DNA from: an uncultured Gammaproteobacteria bacterium
Lineage (GTDB): Bacteria > Patescibacteriota > Microgenomatia > Levybacterales > UBA12049
Direction of reading: 5' to 3'
NCBI GenBank assembly: GCA_964637955.1
Contig: CAZWXQ010000007.1
Coordinates: forward strand, 1 to 55,356
Length of the DNA: 55,356 nt
Shown piece by piece: positions 1 through 8,977 of this stretch; the first letter of the stretch is position 1; the number at the start of each line of letters is the position of its first letter. The notes beneath the pieces were generated by a model. It was given only the letters and a program-made list of their open reading frames with translations, did no database searches and was not told the origin of the DNA. The position numbers and the translations under genes are program-made.

Positions 1-451
1 AAGTAATATAGTTTGTGGTCGTGTTTTTATTTAAATTTACAAAGTCATTTATGTTGTAAACTCCACCGCGCATAAATACAACATCTCCGCCAACTGCATT
101 ATTTGCTCCGGTTATTAAGCTACAAGGATTAGTCTGCGTGCAGCTGGTACCTGTTCCAGTAGGGGAAACAAATTTAGTTCCAGAAGATAATGGAGTCGAA
201 GCAACAGCTTGAGGTCCAATACTGATGGATCCATTTGTACCAAATTCTATATAGCCTCCGTCTGAAGCTAGGGAATCTTGTTTAGTAATAACATTTCCTC
301 CTATAACTCCACCTTCGGCTTCAAGTTTATCAGCAGTTGCAGCACGTGATCTATTATCTGAGGTTTGTTTTAAGGCTAGTAGAAAGATTGGAAAAGCAAT
401 TATTAATAATAGTAAAAGTAAAAATAGTTTTCGATTATTTGGGAGCTTCAT
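1..451 (-). CDS. secreted protein, N-terminal part only (signal-anchor, carbohydrate-binding-like segment, start of a right-handed beta-helix/pectate-lyase-fold region); runs off the window
   Basis: Not in the ORF track because it is open at the window edge. Hand translation of the minus strand from ATG at 451-449 gives MKLPNNRKLFLLLLLLIIAFPIFLLALKQTSDNRSRAATADKLEAEGGVIGGNVITKQDSLASDGGYIEFG...TSCTQTNPCSLITGANNAVGGDVVFMRGGVYNINDF... with no stop down to position 2. The start is 1 nt after the stop of the upstream gene. Confidence 0.5.
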   Translation of the reverse strand, partial: MKLPNNRKLFLLLLLLIIAFPIFLLALKQTSDNRSRAATADKLEAEGGVIGGNVITKQDSLASDGGYIEFGTNGSISIGPQAVASTPLSSGTKFVSPTGTGTSCTQTNPCSLITGANNAVGGDVVFMRGGVYNINDFVNLNKNTTTNYIT

Positions 452-452
452 A

Positions 453-1574
453 TTAATCTCCGCTCACAATAGAAAGCTCTCTAAGGAAGTCGTTATAGTC
501 ATCTTGATCAACTTTTCCATCGTCTGATAAATCAGCTGATATTTTTTTATTTGGATCTGTGCAATTTTTTGCAGGTAATAGTTCTGAGTAGCAATCCATA
601 AGGATATTAAAATCAAGAATAGAAAGCGCGTTATCATTGCTTATATCTCCCGTGACCAAGACTACTGTTGGCATTGTGTTTATGCTAGCTTTATTAATTT
701 TAGGTATACCAAATAGTTGTTTTTTAAGATACTGTGGAGACTTAACTTTGATGAGATAATTATTATTTGAACTATCGATCGTTATTGATGGATCAACTAC
801 GATATCTCCTGAAAAATCTCCGGTTGCTGGTTTGTAGATAAGATTGCCTGAGAACGCTGGAAGAGAATTTCCTGAGCTATCAATTAATTCTACAGTAAGA
901 GTTCTAGAAGTTCTTAAAGGATTTTGAGTTCCAGGAAGATTTGGGTTAGTGTTGTCTCCGCCATTTCCAATTCCGTGTAGTTTTACAGAGTTAAATCTAA
1001 GAATTGTACTATTTGGGATTGGTGTTGGCGAGACTGTTGGAGTAGGTGAGACAGTTGGTGTCAGTGTTGGAGTTGGAGTAGGAATAGCCGTATTCGTGGG
1101 AGTTAGAATTGGCGTAGAAGTAGGCGTATTGGTTACCCCTGTTGTAGGAGTTGCAATTATTTCAGCAGGGCAGTTATCGCCACTTATTCCAGTTGGTATA
1201 CAGTTTAAGTTTTTTGTTAGTAGTAGTTTATCTACGCCTACTCCTGGTTGATTTCCAATTATAGTTATCACATGAGTTCCTGCCGTTAAGACTAAATTAT
1301 TGGAATTTGCTACCCAAACCCAAGAAGCTGAAGAGTTTTGAACCAATACAGGACAGGTGCTATCTATTTTAAGGTAAAAAGAATTGTTTGTTGAATCTTG
1401 TGCTTTCATTCTGCTCCAAACTCGATATGTTCCCGCAGTTGCATCAGCAGAAAGAGTTACATTTCCAGTATTTGTCGGTGGGGTAACAGTGCATGTTTGT
1501 GCATGCACGTTTTCAGGTTTGTATTTTAAAAAGATTGTTGACAGTAGTAATAAAGCTAAAAATATTTTTTTCAT
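453..1574 (-). CDS. secreted protein: signal peptide, carbohydrate-binding-like domain, Pro/Thr linker, Ig-like module, dockerin-like C-terminus
   Basis: 373 aa. N-terminal signal MKKIFLALLLLSTIF...VHAQ, then a PT-rich linker (TPTSTPILTPTNTAIPTPTPT). The C-terminus has two Ca-loop-like repeats, GDISNDNALSILDFNILMDCY and ADLSDDGKVDQDDYNDFLREL, typical of dockerins. Confidence 0.6.
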   Translation of the reverse strand: MKKIFLALLLLSTIFLKYKPENVHAQTCTVTPPTNTGNVTLSADATAGTYRVWSRMKAQDSTNNSFYLKIDSTCPVLVQNSSASWVWVANSNNLVLTAGTHVITIIGNQPGVGVDKLLLTKNLNCIPTGISGDNCPAEIIATPTTGVTNTPTSTPILTPTNTAIPTPTPTLTPTVSPTPTVSPTPIPNSTILRFNSVKLHGIGNGGDNTNPNLPGTQNPLRTSRTLTVELIDSSGNSLPAFSGNLIYKPATGDFSGDIVVDPSITIDSSNNNYLIKVKSPQYLKKQLFGIPKINKASINTMPTVVLVTGDISNDNALSILDFNILMDCYSELLPAKNCTDPNKKISADLSDDGKVDQDDYNDFLRELSIVSGD

Positions 1575-2885
1575 TTAATCTCCTTGCTGAACTGAAAGCT
1601 CTCTTAAGAATAGGTTGTAGTCATTTTGATTAACTTTTCCGTCATCTGAGATATCGGCTGCAAGTTTTTTATTTTCGTCACATGTAGGTTTTGCAGGAAG
1701 CAGATCAGAATAGCATTCCATAATAAGATTATAGTCGTCACCGGTTTCAAGTTTATTATCGCTATCAACATCTCCGGCAACTAGATCAACTAAAGCAGCG
1801 TTATTCGCCTGACCCAGAGTAGGTACTAAAAATCCTGGTAATTGTTTTTTCAAATAGAACGGAGTTTTAATTTTTAATATATAGCTTCCATTTACAAAAG
1901 AATTAGGCAAGACGATTTGTCCATCAAAAGTTCCTTGAGTAGCACCGTTGTATACCAAGTTGCCTGATAATGTATGAATAAGAGTTTCGTTTGCATCGTA
2001 GATTTCTAGAGAAAATGGTCTAGTTGTTCTAAGTATATTGAGTGTTCCAACACTGTTTTGATTTGCTGTATCTCCACCTTTTCCAAGCCCATGGAGCTTG
2101 ATGTTGGTGAAGTTAATTACAGTACTAGCTGCAGTTGGCATAGGCGTGCTTGTAGGCACAATTGTAGGCGTAGGAGTGGGGGTTTTTGTTGGAGATGGAG
2201 TTGGCGTAGGTGTTTTAGTAGGAGTTGGTGAATTTGTTGGTGTTGGGATAGGAGTATTGGTTGGTGAAGGTGTGCTTGTGGGCAAATTTGTAGGAGTTGG
2301 TGTGTTGGTAGGAGCTGTATTAATTTTTACAAAAGCAGGAATTGTGGCAGAGAGAACATTTTCATTCGATGAATCACTTGGGGCAATTGAGAGTAATGAA
2401 TTATTTGTACCAAATGCGATTTGTGTAGAATTTACAGGAGCGGTTGCCTTAAAAGTAATTGTCATTATTTTTGTTGGCGTTTGGATTACTTTTGTTTGAT
2501 CAGATCCGATAGAAACGACTATTTGAATTTTTCCACCAGATAAAACTGGACCTTCGATTGTAGTTGGAAATGCTGCAGAATTTACTACAACTTGATTGGC
2601 GTTTGTAACCGATAGTTTAGATGGATCGTATGTTATATCCAATTTTGCTAAGGAAACTAAATTCGTGCCAGGGTCGACCATTACATCCACTACTACATCT
2701 TCATTAATATTTTTTGTGATCGGTGAATTTGATGTTGTTTGTGGAGAAAAATATAAAGTAGAGGCTTTTGAAGCTTGAGTTTGCGAATCTTGTCTTGTTT
2801 TTACAACCAGAAGTATGAGAGGGAGAGCGATAAGTTGAATTATGACTGTTGCAACAATTAGCTTGTGGCTATGTATGAAGTCCAT
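1575..2885 (-). CDS. membrane-anchored cohesin-like domain protein with PT linker, Ig-like module and dockerin-like C-terminus (adaptor-scaffoldin-like)
   Basis: 436 aa. N-terminal TM helix, then a cohesin-like segment [30 protein letters not shown]...[11 protein letters not shown] and a long PT linker. The C-terminus [22 protein letters not shown]...[21 protein letters not shown] is dockerin-like. Confidence 0.55.
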   Translation of the reverse strand: MDFIHSHKLIVATVIIQLIALPLILLVVKTRQDSQTQASKASTLYFSPQTTSNSPITKNINEDVVVDVMVDPGTNLVSLAKLDITYDPSKLSVTNANQVVVNSAAFPTTIEGPVLSGGKIQIVVSIGSDQTKVIQTPTKIMTITFKATAPVNSTQIAFGTNNSLLSIAPSDSSNENVLSATIPAFVKINTAPTNTPTPTNLPTSTPSPTNTPIPTPTNSPTPTKTPTPTPSPTKTPTPTPTIVPTSTPMPTAASTVINFTNIKLHGLGKGGDTANQNSVGTLNILRTTRPFSLEIYDANETLIHTLSGNLVYNGATQGTFDGQIVLPNSFVNGSYILKIKTPFYLKKQLPGFLVPTLGQANNAALVDLVAGDVDSDNKLETGDDYNLIMECYSDLLPAKPTCDENKKLAADISDDGKVNQNDYNLFLRELSVQQGD

Positions 2886-2963
2886 AATGTTAGCTTAGAT
2901 AAAATATCTAAACCAGTCAATAGGGCTTACCTTGAAGGCTTACCTTTTCCAGGACCCTGCTTA

Positions 2964-3557
2964 CTAGTTACTAGTAGAATTGGAGATTGTAATATAGGCA
3001 GGAGAAGTTGTAGATAGGACGTTTTCGCCACTGAGATCATTTGAAGCTACTGAATATACAGAATTACCACTTCCAAAAGAAACTAGAGTTTGCTTTGAAG
3101 TGGTATTAGCTATGAAGTTAACTGTTGCAGCTTTGCTTTGTGTGGAAATTGCCTTAGAAAGATCAGCTCCTACTGAAAGAACAACTTGAACTCTGCCATA
3201 TGAATACACAGGACCTTCTATTATCTGAGGAAATACCGCTTCATTTATGACTAAAGGATTTGATGGGGAAATTGAAATTAAGGTCGGGTCATATTGAATA
3301 TCAAGTTTTATTAATGATACAAGATTTTTACCTGGATTTAACATAACATCAAGAGAAAAAGTTTCTCCTACTGCTTTTTGCATGGGAGAGTTTGGAGCGG
3401 ATACTGGAATAAAAGATAGAGTAGTAGATTTTTCTGCTCGACTTCTCGTATCTCTTTGTTGGTTATTGATTACTAGAAATAGAGGCAACATTATTATCAT
3501 AACTACCGCAGAGAAAGCGAAATATTTATGCTTAATTATATTTATAAAACCTCTCAT
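2964..3557 (-). CDS. membrane-anchored cohesin-like domain protein (anchoring-scaffoldin-like, no dockerin)
   Basis: 197 aa. TM helix, then FSLDVMLNPGKNLVSLIKLDIQYDPTLISI...AATVNFIANTT, alignable by eye with the cohesin-like part of the 436-aa neighbour. Confidence 0.5.
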   Translation of the reverse strand: MRGFINIIKHKYFAFSAVVMIIMLPLFLVINNQQRDTRSRAEKSTTLSFIPVSAPNSPMQKAVGETFSLDVMLNPGKNLVSLIKLDIQYDPTLISISPSNPLVINEAVFPQIIEGPVYSYGRVQVVLSVGADLSKAISTQSKAATVNFIANTTSKQTLVSFGSGNSVYSVASNDLSGENVLSTTSPAYITISNSTSN

Positions 3558-3606
3558 ATCATAACAATATGTAATTTAGCCTTAAGTGTCAAGTAACTAT
3601 GGGCAA

Positions 3607-6600
3607 TTAGTCTCCTGATTTTATTGATAACTCTCTTAAGTAAAGATTATAGTCATCTTGATCAACTTTTCCATCATCCGAAATATCAGCGGCATTTTTT
3701 TTATTTTGATCCGAGCAGTTTTTGGCAGGCAAAAAATCTGAATAACAGTCAGATATTAGCTTAAAGTCTAAAATAGATAAAATATTATCATTATTTACAT
3801 CACCTGAAACTAGGATTATTGCTGGCAAGTTAGTAATAGATCCCTTAGTTACGTTAATTATTCCATTATATTGTTTTTTTAGAAATTGTGGTGACTTGAT
3901 TTTGATTAAGTAATTGCCAGTATCAATTGAGGAAGGTAGGGTGATAATGCCAGAAAAATCTCCGGTGTTAGGTGAGTAATTAATATTTCCCTGAGCTGTC
4001 ATGATTAGGGATCCGGAGCTGTTGTTTAATTCAAGTGTCACGCTTCTCGAGATTCTTGCGGGGTTTAAATTACCCCCAGATTTATTATTGGTCGCATCTC
4101 CACCAGAGCCAATTCCGTGAAGTTTTACTGAATTTAATTTTAGTTTAGTAGTGTTTGGAATTGGACTCGGCGTTTGAGTATTTGTGGGTGTTTTAGTGGG
4201 GTTTGGTGAAGGAGTAGGGGTTTTGGTTGGAGTTAAAGTGTATATGGGTGTAGTTGTATTGTTTTTAGAAAAAGATATTTTAAAGCTATTTCCAAGAGAA
4301 TTTTTCATATTAACAGAAAATTTAATAGGTGAAGTTGAGGTAACATTAATTTGAGGGTCTTTTGAGATTACGTCAGTCGCGTTTTTATTGATTGTAATAT
4401 TTACAGAATCATTTTCTTGCGTAGGATCAGCAATAGAAATATTAATAGATTCAGGTTCTTCGTCGACTATTATTGAAGAATTGCCAGAAGAAGATATGTC
4501 TCCTGCATTTCCAGAGCCAAAGAAATTTGCTGCGGTTATATTCAATTTGTTTTCTTTAACAGCATGAGCAGCTGAATTTTGTGCGAGGATTGAAATGTCG
4601 GGTTTCTGTGCATAAGATGAGGTTGTAGACTGACTGCTATTTGGCAAAAATACATATGCATATTTTTCATTTGTAGGATTTACACCATGGTTTATTAAAA
4701 TTTGTGCATAATTTCTTATTGGAGTAGTTAGATCACTTGCAGTATTTTTAATTTGTTTCCAGTTCCCAGATCTTGATTGTTTTTGAGCTGATATATTGCC
4801 ACTAATTGGAAAATAATAGCCACCTGTGCCTTCTAGAAATGCCCACTTTGGATTTAAAATATTAGTAGGGGAGGAGATTGATTTGTTGTCAATCTGAAAT
4901 ATATTTGAATTATCATTTTTAATTTTCCTATTTTCTATGATAGTTTGTACATTTTGATTATTGGTTGCGCTAATATTTGAACCAAGTGCGACAAGCTCAT
5001 TGTCGAATATGAAATATGATTTTTTTGCAAAAACATTTAGCTTTGATTTAAAATTCATTCCAACTGCAACATATGTATTTAATGTTGAGCCTCCTGCGTA
5101 TAATTTTGGAGACATATAATTATTTAGTTTGGAGTCAAAATTTTCGCTTAAATATGTATTGCTTGCTGAAAGCTTGATGGTTTCATCAATTGTTGTTCCT
5201 GGGAGTTTAGTTTTATCAACTGTTGCCCAGAAGTAATCATTGTATTGGCCTGGGTCAGTTTTATTATAAAAATAAATCATACCGTCACTTGTATACCATC
5301 CTTTTTTATTATCGCCATTTATTGATTCATAATTACCAATTCTTCCAGAAGACATGCTTATTCCAAATGCGTAATCATTTTTTAAGCTTACAAGTTTGTC
5401 TATTCTTGGAAAAAGTTTGGTAATTTCATAATTGTTGACAGAGATTAGATTTGGATCTTTGATTAATTTATAAGTTTCGATTATTGTAAAAATACTATCT
5501 CTTATTATTTGTTTATTTGTTTTGTTTAAAATTTCAGAGCCTAAATCTTTATACTGATTACCAGATAGTGAGCTAATGAATCCAGCTAAGCTACTTATTA
5601 GAGGTAAATCTGAATTTGTGACTTCTGTTCTTGGATAGCTTATTAATCTCCCCATAACCATGTCCATGGGAGATTCATTAAACATAAATGGTTGAAAGCT
5701 ATCTTTGTAATATCTATAGAGTTTATCTGTATTTGCAGATGCAAGGTTAGATTGTGATAAAACACGTGAAATTTCAACTACGTTTCTAAAAAATATAGAA
5801 CCGTACCACATATTATACGGATGAATTTCATGCTGAATGAAAGACCCATCACTATAAATTCCATCACTGCTATTCGTATATTGCATGAGCTTTTGATTGT
5901 AGTTGTAAATTGCTTCATCTAGAGCTATGGGATCATTGCTAATTCCTGCTCTTAAAAGTAAAGGAACAGTTGTCATGGCTAGGTTGCCAGCTGTATCGTG
6001 TACGCCATTTCCTTTATAAAATTCATTGCTAGAATTACTTCTTGGATTAGGATAAAAGCGTTCCACAGCGTTCATATTTTTAGTTATAAATTCTGTAAAA
6101 TCAGGATCTTGAGAAAGCCTGTCATATATTAGGATAATATTTGTTGTTAATGATCTTGGAATTCCAACTTCGTAAATTAGATTAGTTGAGCATTGATTTT
6201 CGATTGATTTAGGAGAGTTAAAAACGTTTCCTTTACATGTTTCAGAGTTGTACCAGTTGTTGTTTAACCAAATTAGTGAATCTTTTATTGCGATATAAAA
6301 AGCCTCTTTTTCATTAGGGTCCGTAATTGCTCCTTTAGTGGAGTAGGCAAGTGCCATTTTTTCAATTCTTTCATAAGTATCTGCAACCCAGTCTCCTCCA
6401 TTTGGACCATTTTTGTCGCTAAATAAATATTTTCTATCGGAGGAAGTTATTAATTGAGATTTTATGCTTCTGCCATCGCTTGCAATTTTTGTCACTTTTG
6501 CAGCAATTAAGCCGTTTAATTCTGGGTTTGATGTGTCATAGTTTCCGCCTGTTTCGTAGTTAAACCATGATTCACGAATTTTTGCATAATCATTTCCGCT

Positions 6601-6732
6601 AAAGTCTGCTCTCGTATTAATTTGTTGTTTTTGCTGAGTAGAAAAAATTATAAATGGGAGTGTTATGAGTAGAATGATAAAGGAGACTAAAGCTATTTTT
6701 TTATATTTAGTATTATGCCACAGTTTCCTCAT
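3607..6732 (-). CDS. polysaccharide lyase family 8-like enzyme (hyaluronate/chondroitin/xanthan lyase type) with PT linker, Ig-like module and dockerin-like C-terminus
   Basis: 1041 aa. N-terminal anchor, a PL8-type core including the DGSFIQHEIHPYNMWYGSIF motif region, and beta-sandwich C-domains. This is followed by [17 protein letters not shown] and GDVNNDNILSILDFKLISDCY...[21 protein letters not shown]. Confidence 0.7.
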   Translation of the reverse strand: MRKLWHNTKYKKIALVSFIILLITLPFIIFSTQQKQQINTRADFSGNDYAKIRESWFNYETGGNYDTSNPELNGLIAAKVTKIASDGRSIKSQLITSSDRKYLFSDKNGPNGGDWVADTYERIEKMALAYSTKGAITDPNEKEAFYIAIKDSLIWLNNNWYNSETCKGNVFNSPKSIENQCSTNLIYEVGIPRSLTTNIILIYDRLSQDPDFTEFITKNMNAVERFYPNPRSNSSNEFYKGNGVHDTAGNLAMTTVPLLLRAGISNDPIALDEAIYNYNQKLMQYTNSSDGIYSDGSFIQHEIHPYNMWYGSIFFRNVVEISRVLSQSNLASANTDKLYRYYKDSFQPFMFNESPMDMVMGRLISYPRTEVTNSDLPLISSLAGFISSLSGNQYKDLGSEILNKTNKQIIRDSIFTIIETYKLIKDPNLISVNNYEITKLFPRIDKLVSLKNDYAFGISMSSGRIGNYESINGDNKKGWYTSDGMIYFYNKTDPGQYNDYFWATVDKTKLPGTTIDETIKLSASNTYLSENFDSKLNNYMSPKLYAGGSTLNTYVAVGMNFKSKLNVFAKKSYFIFDNELVALGSNISATNNQNVQTIIENRKIKNDNSNIFQIDNKSISSPTNILNPKWAFLEGTGGYYFPISGNISAQKQSRSGNWKQIKNTASDLTTPIRNYAQILINHGVNPTNEKYAYVFLPNSSQSTTSSYAQKPDISILAQNSAAHAVKENKLNITAANFFGSGNAGDISSSGNSSIIVDEEPESINISIADPTQENDSVNITINKNATDVISKDPQINVTSTSPIKFSVNMKNSLGNSFKISFSKNNTTTPIYTLTPTKTPTPSPNPTKTPTNTQTPSPIPNTTKLKLNSVKLHGIGSGGDATNNKSGGNLNPARISRSVTLELNNSSGSLIMTAQGNINYSPNTGDFSGIITLPSSIDTGNYLIKIKSPQFLKKQYNGIINVTKGSITNLPAIILVSGDVNNDNILSILDFKLISDCYSDFLPAKNCSDQNKKNAADISDDGKVDQDDYNLYLRELSIKSGD

Positions 6733-6833
6733 AATTTAAGAGTAAGTCAGTATTGGTTAGCCTGTCAAGAAAATAGATTTTATGCGTTAAGATGGTTAAG
6801 TGTTATAGCTTCTGCAAAATTAAATGTGAATTA

Positions 6834-6853
6834 ACCCTTTTACTAAAAAGGGT
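6834..6853. terminator. stem-loop ACCCTTTT-ACTA-AAAAGGGT downstream of rplA
   Basis: An 8-bp inverted repeat with T-rich flanks on both strands, in the 168-bp gap between the rplA stop and the PL8 gene start. Confidence 0.3.
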
Positions 6854-6900
6854 CTATTTTGAAAACTTAATGTGGAAATGAAGCAGGATTAGAAGACAAA

Positions 6901-7722
6901 TTAAACTTGGATTCTGATTCCAGGAGACATGGTGGATTTGAGTGTAACTTTTCTAATTCTGTCTTTTTTGATAGCTTGAATTGCAGTTTTTATATTCTCT
7001 TGAAGCTGTTTGTCATCAAAAGATGTTTTTCCAACTGAAAGGTGAATGAGAGGATTTTTACTTTCTGTCTTAAAGCCCATTTGACCTCCTTGAAATTTTT
7101 TAGCAGCTTCTTCAGGTTTTTCTGAAATTGTTCCATTTTTAGGATTTGGCATAAGTCCACGTGGACCTAAAACTCTTGCTACCTTAGCAAGTTTAGGCAT
7201 TTGTACAGGAGTTGCGATAAGAACATCAAAATTAATTTTTCCTTTTTCTACTTCAGCTAGTACAGCGTCATCTGCTATTACAACTCTTATTTCTTTACCT
7301 GTTCCGTGAGGAAGAATCATAGTTCCTGAAATTCCAGGAGTTACAGTATTTATATGGAGTTCAACAGTCTCATCAAATTTCGCCATTTTTACTTTTCTGA
7401 GTAATTCCAAGCCCTCAGCTAGGGGATAAATCTTATTTTTATCCACTTGGATAACTTTTGCAGTGTAATTTGCGGATCTAGATGGACCTTTTTTAAGAAA
7501 TTTTTCCTTTTTTCCTTTTTTAGGAGCTGCTTTTACTTCTTCACTAGAAGCTTCTGATTGATTATTTGCCGATGAATTTTCTGATTGATCTTCGCTTAAA
7601 GTCCCATCAGTGCTATTAGATTCTTCTCGAGCTTTTTTCTCAGCTCTTTTTAAATCTTTTTCAGCTTTTTGCTCTGCTTCCAAGGATTCATCACCGATTA
7701 CATTTACTCTTACTTTTCCCAT
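6901..7722 (-). CDS. rplA: 50S ribosomal protein L1 with ~70-aa charged N-terminal extension
   Basis: L1 motifs GTMILPHGTGK and GPRGLMPNPKNGT. It overlaps rplK by 1 nt. The first ~70 residues are a low-complexity Lys/Glu/Ser-rich extension. Confidence 0.93.
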   Translation of the reverse strand: MGKVRVNVIGDESLEAEQKAEKDLKRAEKKAREESNSTDGTLSEDQSENSSANNQSEASSEEVKAAPKKGKKEKFLKKGPSRSANYTAKVIQVDKNKIYPLAEGLELLRKVKMAKFDETVELHINTVTPGISGTMILPHGTGKEIRVVIADDAVLAEVEKGKINFDVLIATPVQMPKLAKVARVLGPRGLMPNPKNGTISEKPEEAAKKFQGGQMGFKTESKNPLIHLSVGKTSFDDKQLQENIKTAIQAIKKDRIRKVTLKSTMSPGIRIQV

Positions 7723-8144
7723 TATTGTACTTTTACCCCCATACTTCTTGCCGTTCCTTCAACGATTCTCATTGCTTGATTTACATCAGTAGTGTTAAGA
7801 TCTTCTAATTTTGCTTTTGCAATTTCTTCTACCTGAAGCTTGGAAAGTGTTGCTGCAACTTCTTTTCCTGGATTATTTGCGCCGCCGCGGCCAATAGCTT
7901 TTTTAATTAGCTCTGACATAGGGGATTTTTTGGTGATGAAAGAGAAAGTTCTGTCTTCATAAACTGTGATAACCGCAGGAATTATATTTCCTTTTTGATC
8001 AGCCGTTTTTTCATTAAACGCTGTAACGAATTCCATGATTGGAAGTCCGTGAGGACCTAATGCTGTTCCAACAGGAGGTGCAGGAGTTGCTGCTCCAGCT
8101 GGAATATTAATTTTTATAATTGTTTTTATCTTCTTAGCTGCCAT
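7722..8144 (-). CDS. rplK: 50S ribosomal protein L11
   Basis: 140 aa. IKINIPAGAATPAPPVGTALGPHG and the hinge and C-domain are typical of L11. It lies immediately upstream of rplA. Confidence 0.95.
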   Translation of the reverse strand: MAAKKIKTIIKINIPAGAATPAPPVGTALGPHGLPIMEFVTAFNEKTADQKGNIIPAVITVYEDRTFSFITKKSPMSELIKKAIGRGGANNPGKEVAATLSKLQVEEIAKAKLEDLNTTDVNQAMRIVEGTARSMGVKVQ

Positions 8145-8217
8145 ATCGTCAAGTCACAGCTTGGTGTCTTTGCGCTCGCTTCGCTCGCGCTTCGACTTTC
8201 AGTTGGCCTTTCCTCTT

Positions 8218-8307
8218 CAAAATTCTGAAAGAATTTTGATAAGAACATTGGGAAATGGGAACGAGTAGAGAAGAGGTCTAATTAATTAGATCCGATTCTT
8301 ATCTACT
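8218..8307. promoter_or_regulatory. structured divergent intergenic region: hairpin 8218-8238 and long imperfect hairpin 8264-8307 centred on the perfect 14-bp palindrome TCTAATTAATTAGA (8277-8290)
   Basis: Inverted repeats read directly: CAAAATTCT/AGAATTTTG, AGTAGAGAAG/CTTATCTACT, and the 14-bp palindrome. The region lies between the rplK start and the plus-strand orphan gene. Confidence 0.3.
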
Positions 8308-8399
8308 GGTTCAAGCAATCTAAATCAGAGTTTAAATCTCCCAGATATTCAATAAGTGTTTGTATTATACCCCAGCCACAAATAATTAGCAACTATCGA

Positions 8400-8428
8400 T
8401 TGATTCAAGCCCTATAGTATGATAGAAT
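8400..8428 (+). promoter_or_regulatory. sigma70-type promoter TTGATT-N17-TAGAAT, 7 nt before ATG 8436 (leaderless geometry)
   Basis: TTGATT at 8400-8405, a 17-nt spacer containing TGa, TAGAAT at 8423-8428, then TTGAGCT and ATG. Confidence 0.5.
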
Positions 8429-8435
8429 TTGAGCT

Positions 8436-8534
8436 ATGGAAACACTTAATGACATGATGAGAACATATGGTGAAGTTTCTTTAGGGGAACCTCCTTCTGA
8501 TTGCTATGCTCATTGTCCAGTTATGCAGAGTTAA
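8436..8534 (+). CDS. 32-codon ORF (METLNDMMRTYGEVSLGEPPSDCYAHCPVMQS) ending in TAA, in frame with the 8568 ORF
   Basis: Hand translation. It starts at the leaderless-type promoter. The TAA at 8532-8534 is followed by 11 sense codons and then ATG 8568 in the same frame. Confidence 0.3.
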   Translation: METLNDMMRTYGEVSLGEPPSDCYAHCPVMQS

Positions 8535-8567
8535 ATAACACGAGAGCATAAAGATCCTGATCTACAT

Positions 8568-8975
8568 ATGCAACTTGAAGGGTTACGGTTAGCGGTTTAT
8601 TCTTTAGCTGAGCAAGAATTAAATGGACATGAATCAGCAGACGATTTGGCTCCTGGTTATGTGGAAGATTTAGGTGAAGAGGGATTGCGACAAGCGCAGT
8701 ATTGTGCAAGTCATGTAGCTCATGGTGAATGTTCCTTGTTAGATATAGTACCTAGGAGTTTAAATGGAATGGCAGTCTATACTACGAATAATTCTACAAT
8801 GTCTCTTTTAGAAGGAATTGTGCGTCCAAGTGAGATTGTTGATACTGGAGTGCAAGTTTTAGTTGATGGTGAATCAGCAGTTATTGTAGCCCCACGACGC
8901 AAGCTTCCAGCACATCCAAATGATGCATTTAGAAGAGTAATGAGCGGGATTATCGATAAATTAAAGAGGGAATAA
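8568..8975 (+). CDS. hypothetical protein (135 aa), inserted between nusG and rplK on the opposite strand
   Basis: ORF track. No motif recognised. It may be the distal part of an interrupted 8436-8975 reading frame. Confidence 0.45.
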   Translation: MQLEGLRLAVYSLAEQELNGHESADDLAPGYVEDLGEEGLRQAQYCASHVAHGECSLLDIVPRSLNGMAVYTTNNSTMSLLEGIVRPSEIVDTGVQVLVDGESAVIVAPRRKLPAHPNDAFRRVMSGIIDKLKRE

Positions 8976-8977
8976 GT

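Noticed and set aside
949-2499. Plus-strand ORFs 949-1251 and 2098-2499 encoding GVGVG-rich peptides
   Set aside because: They are antisense readings of the Pro/Thr linker regions of the real minus-strand genes. They are low-complexity mirror ORFs with no independent start signals.
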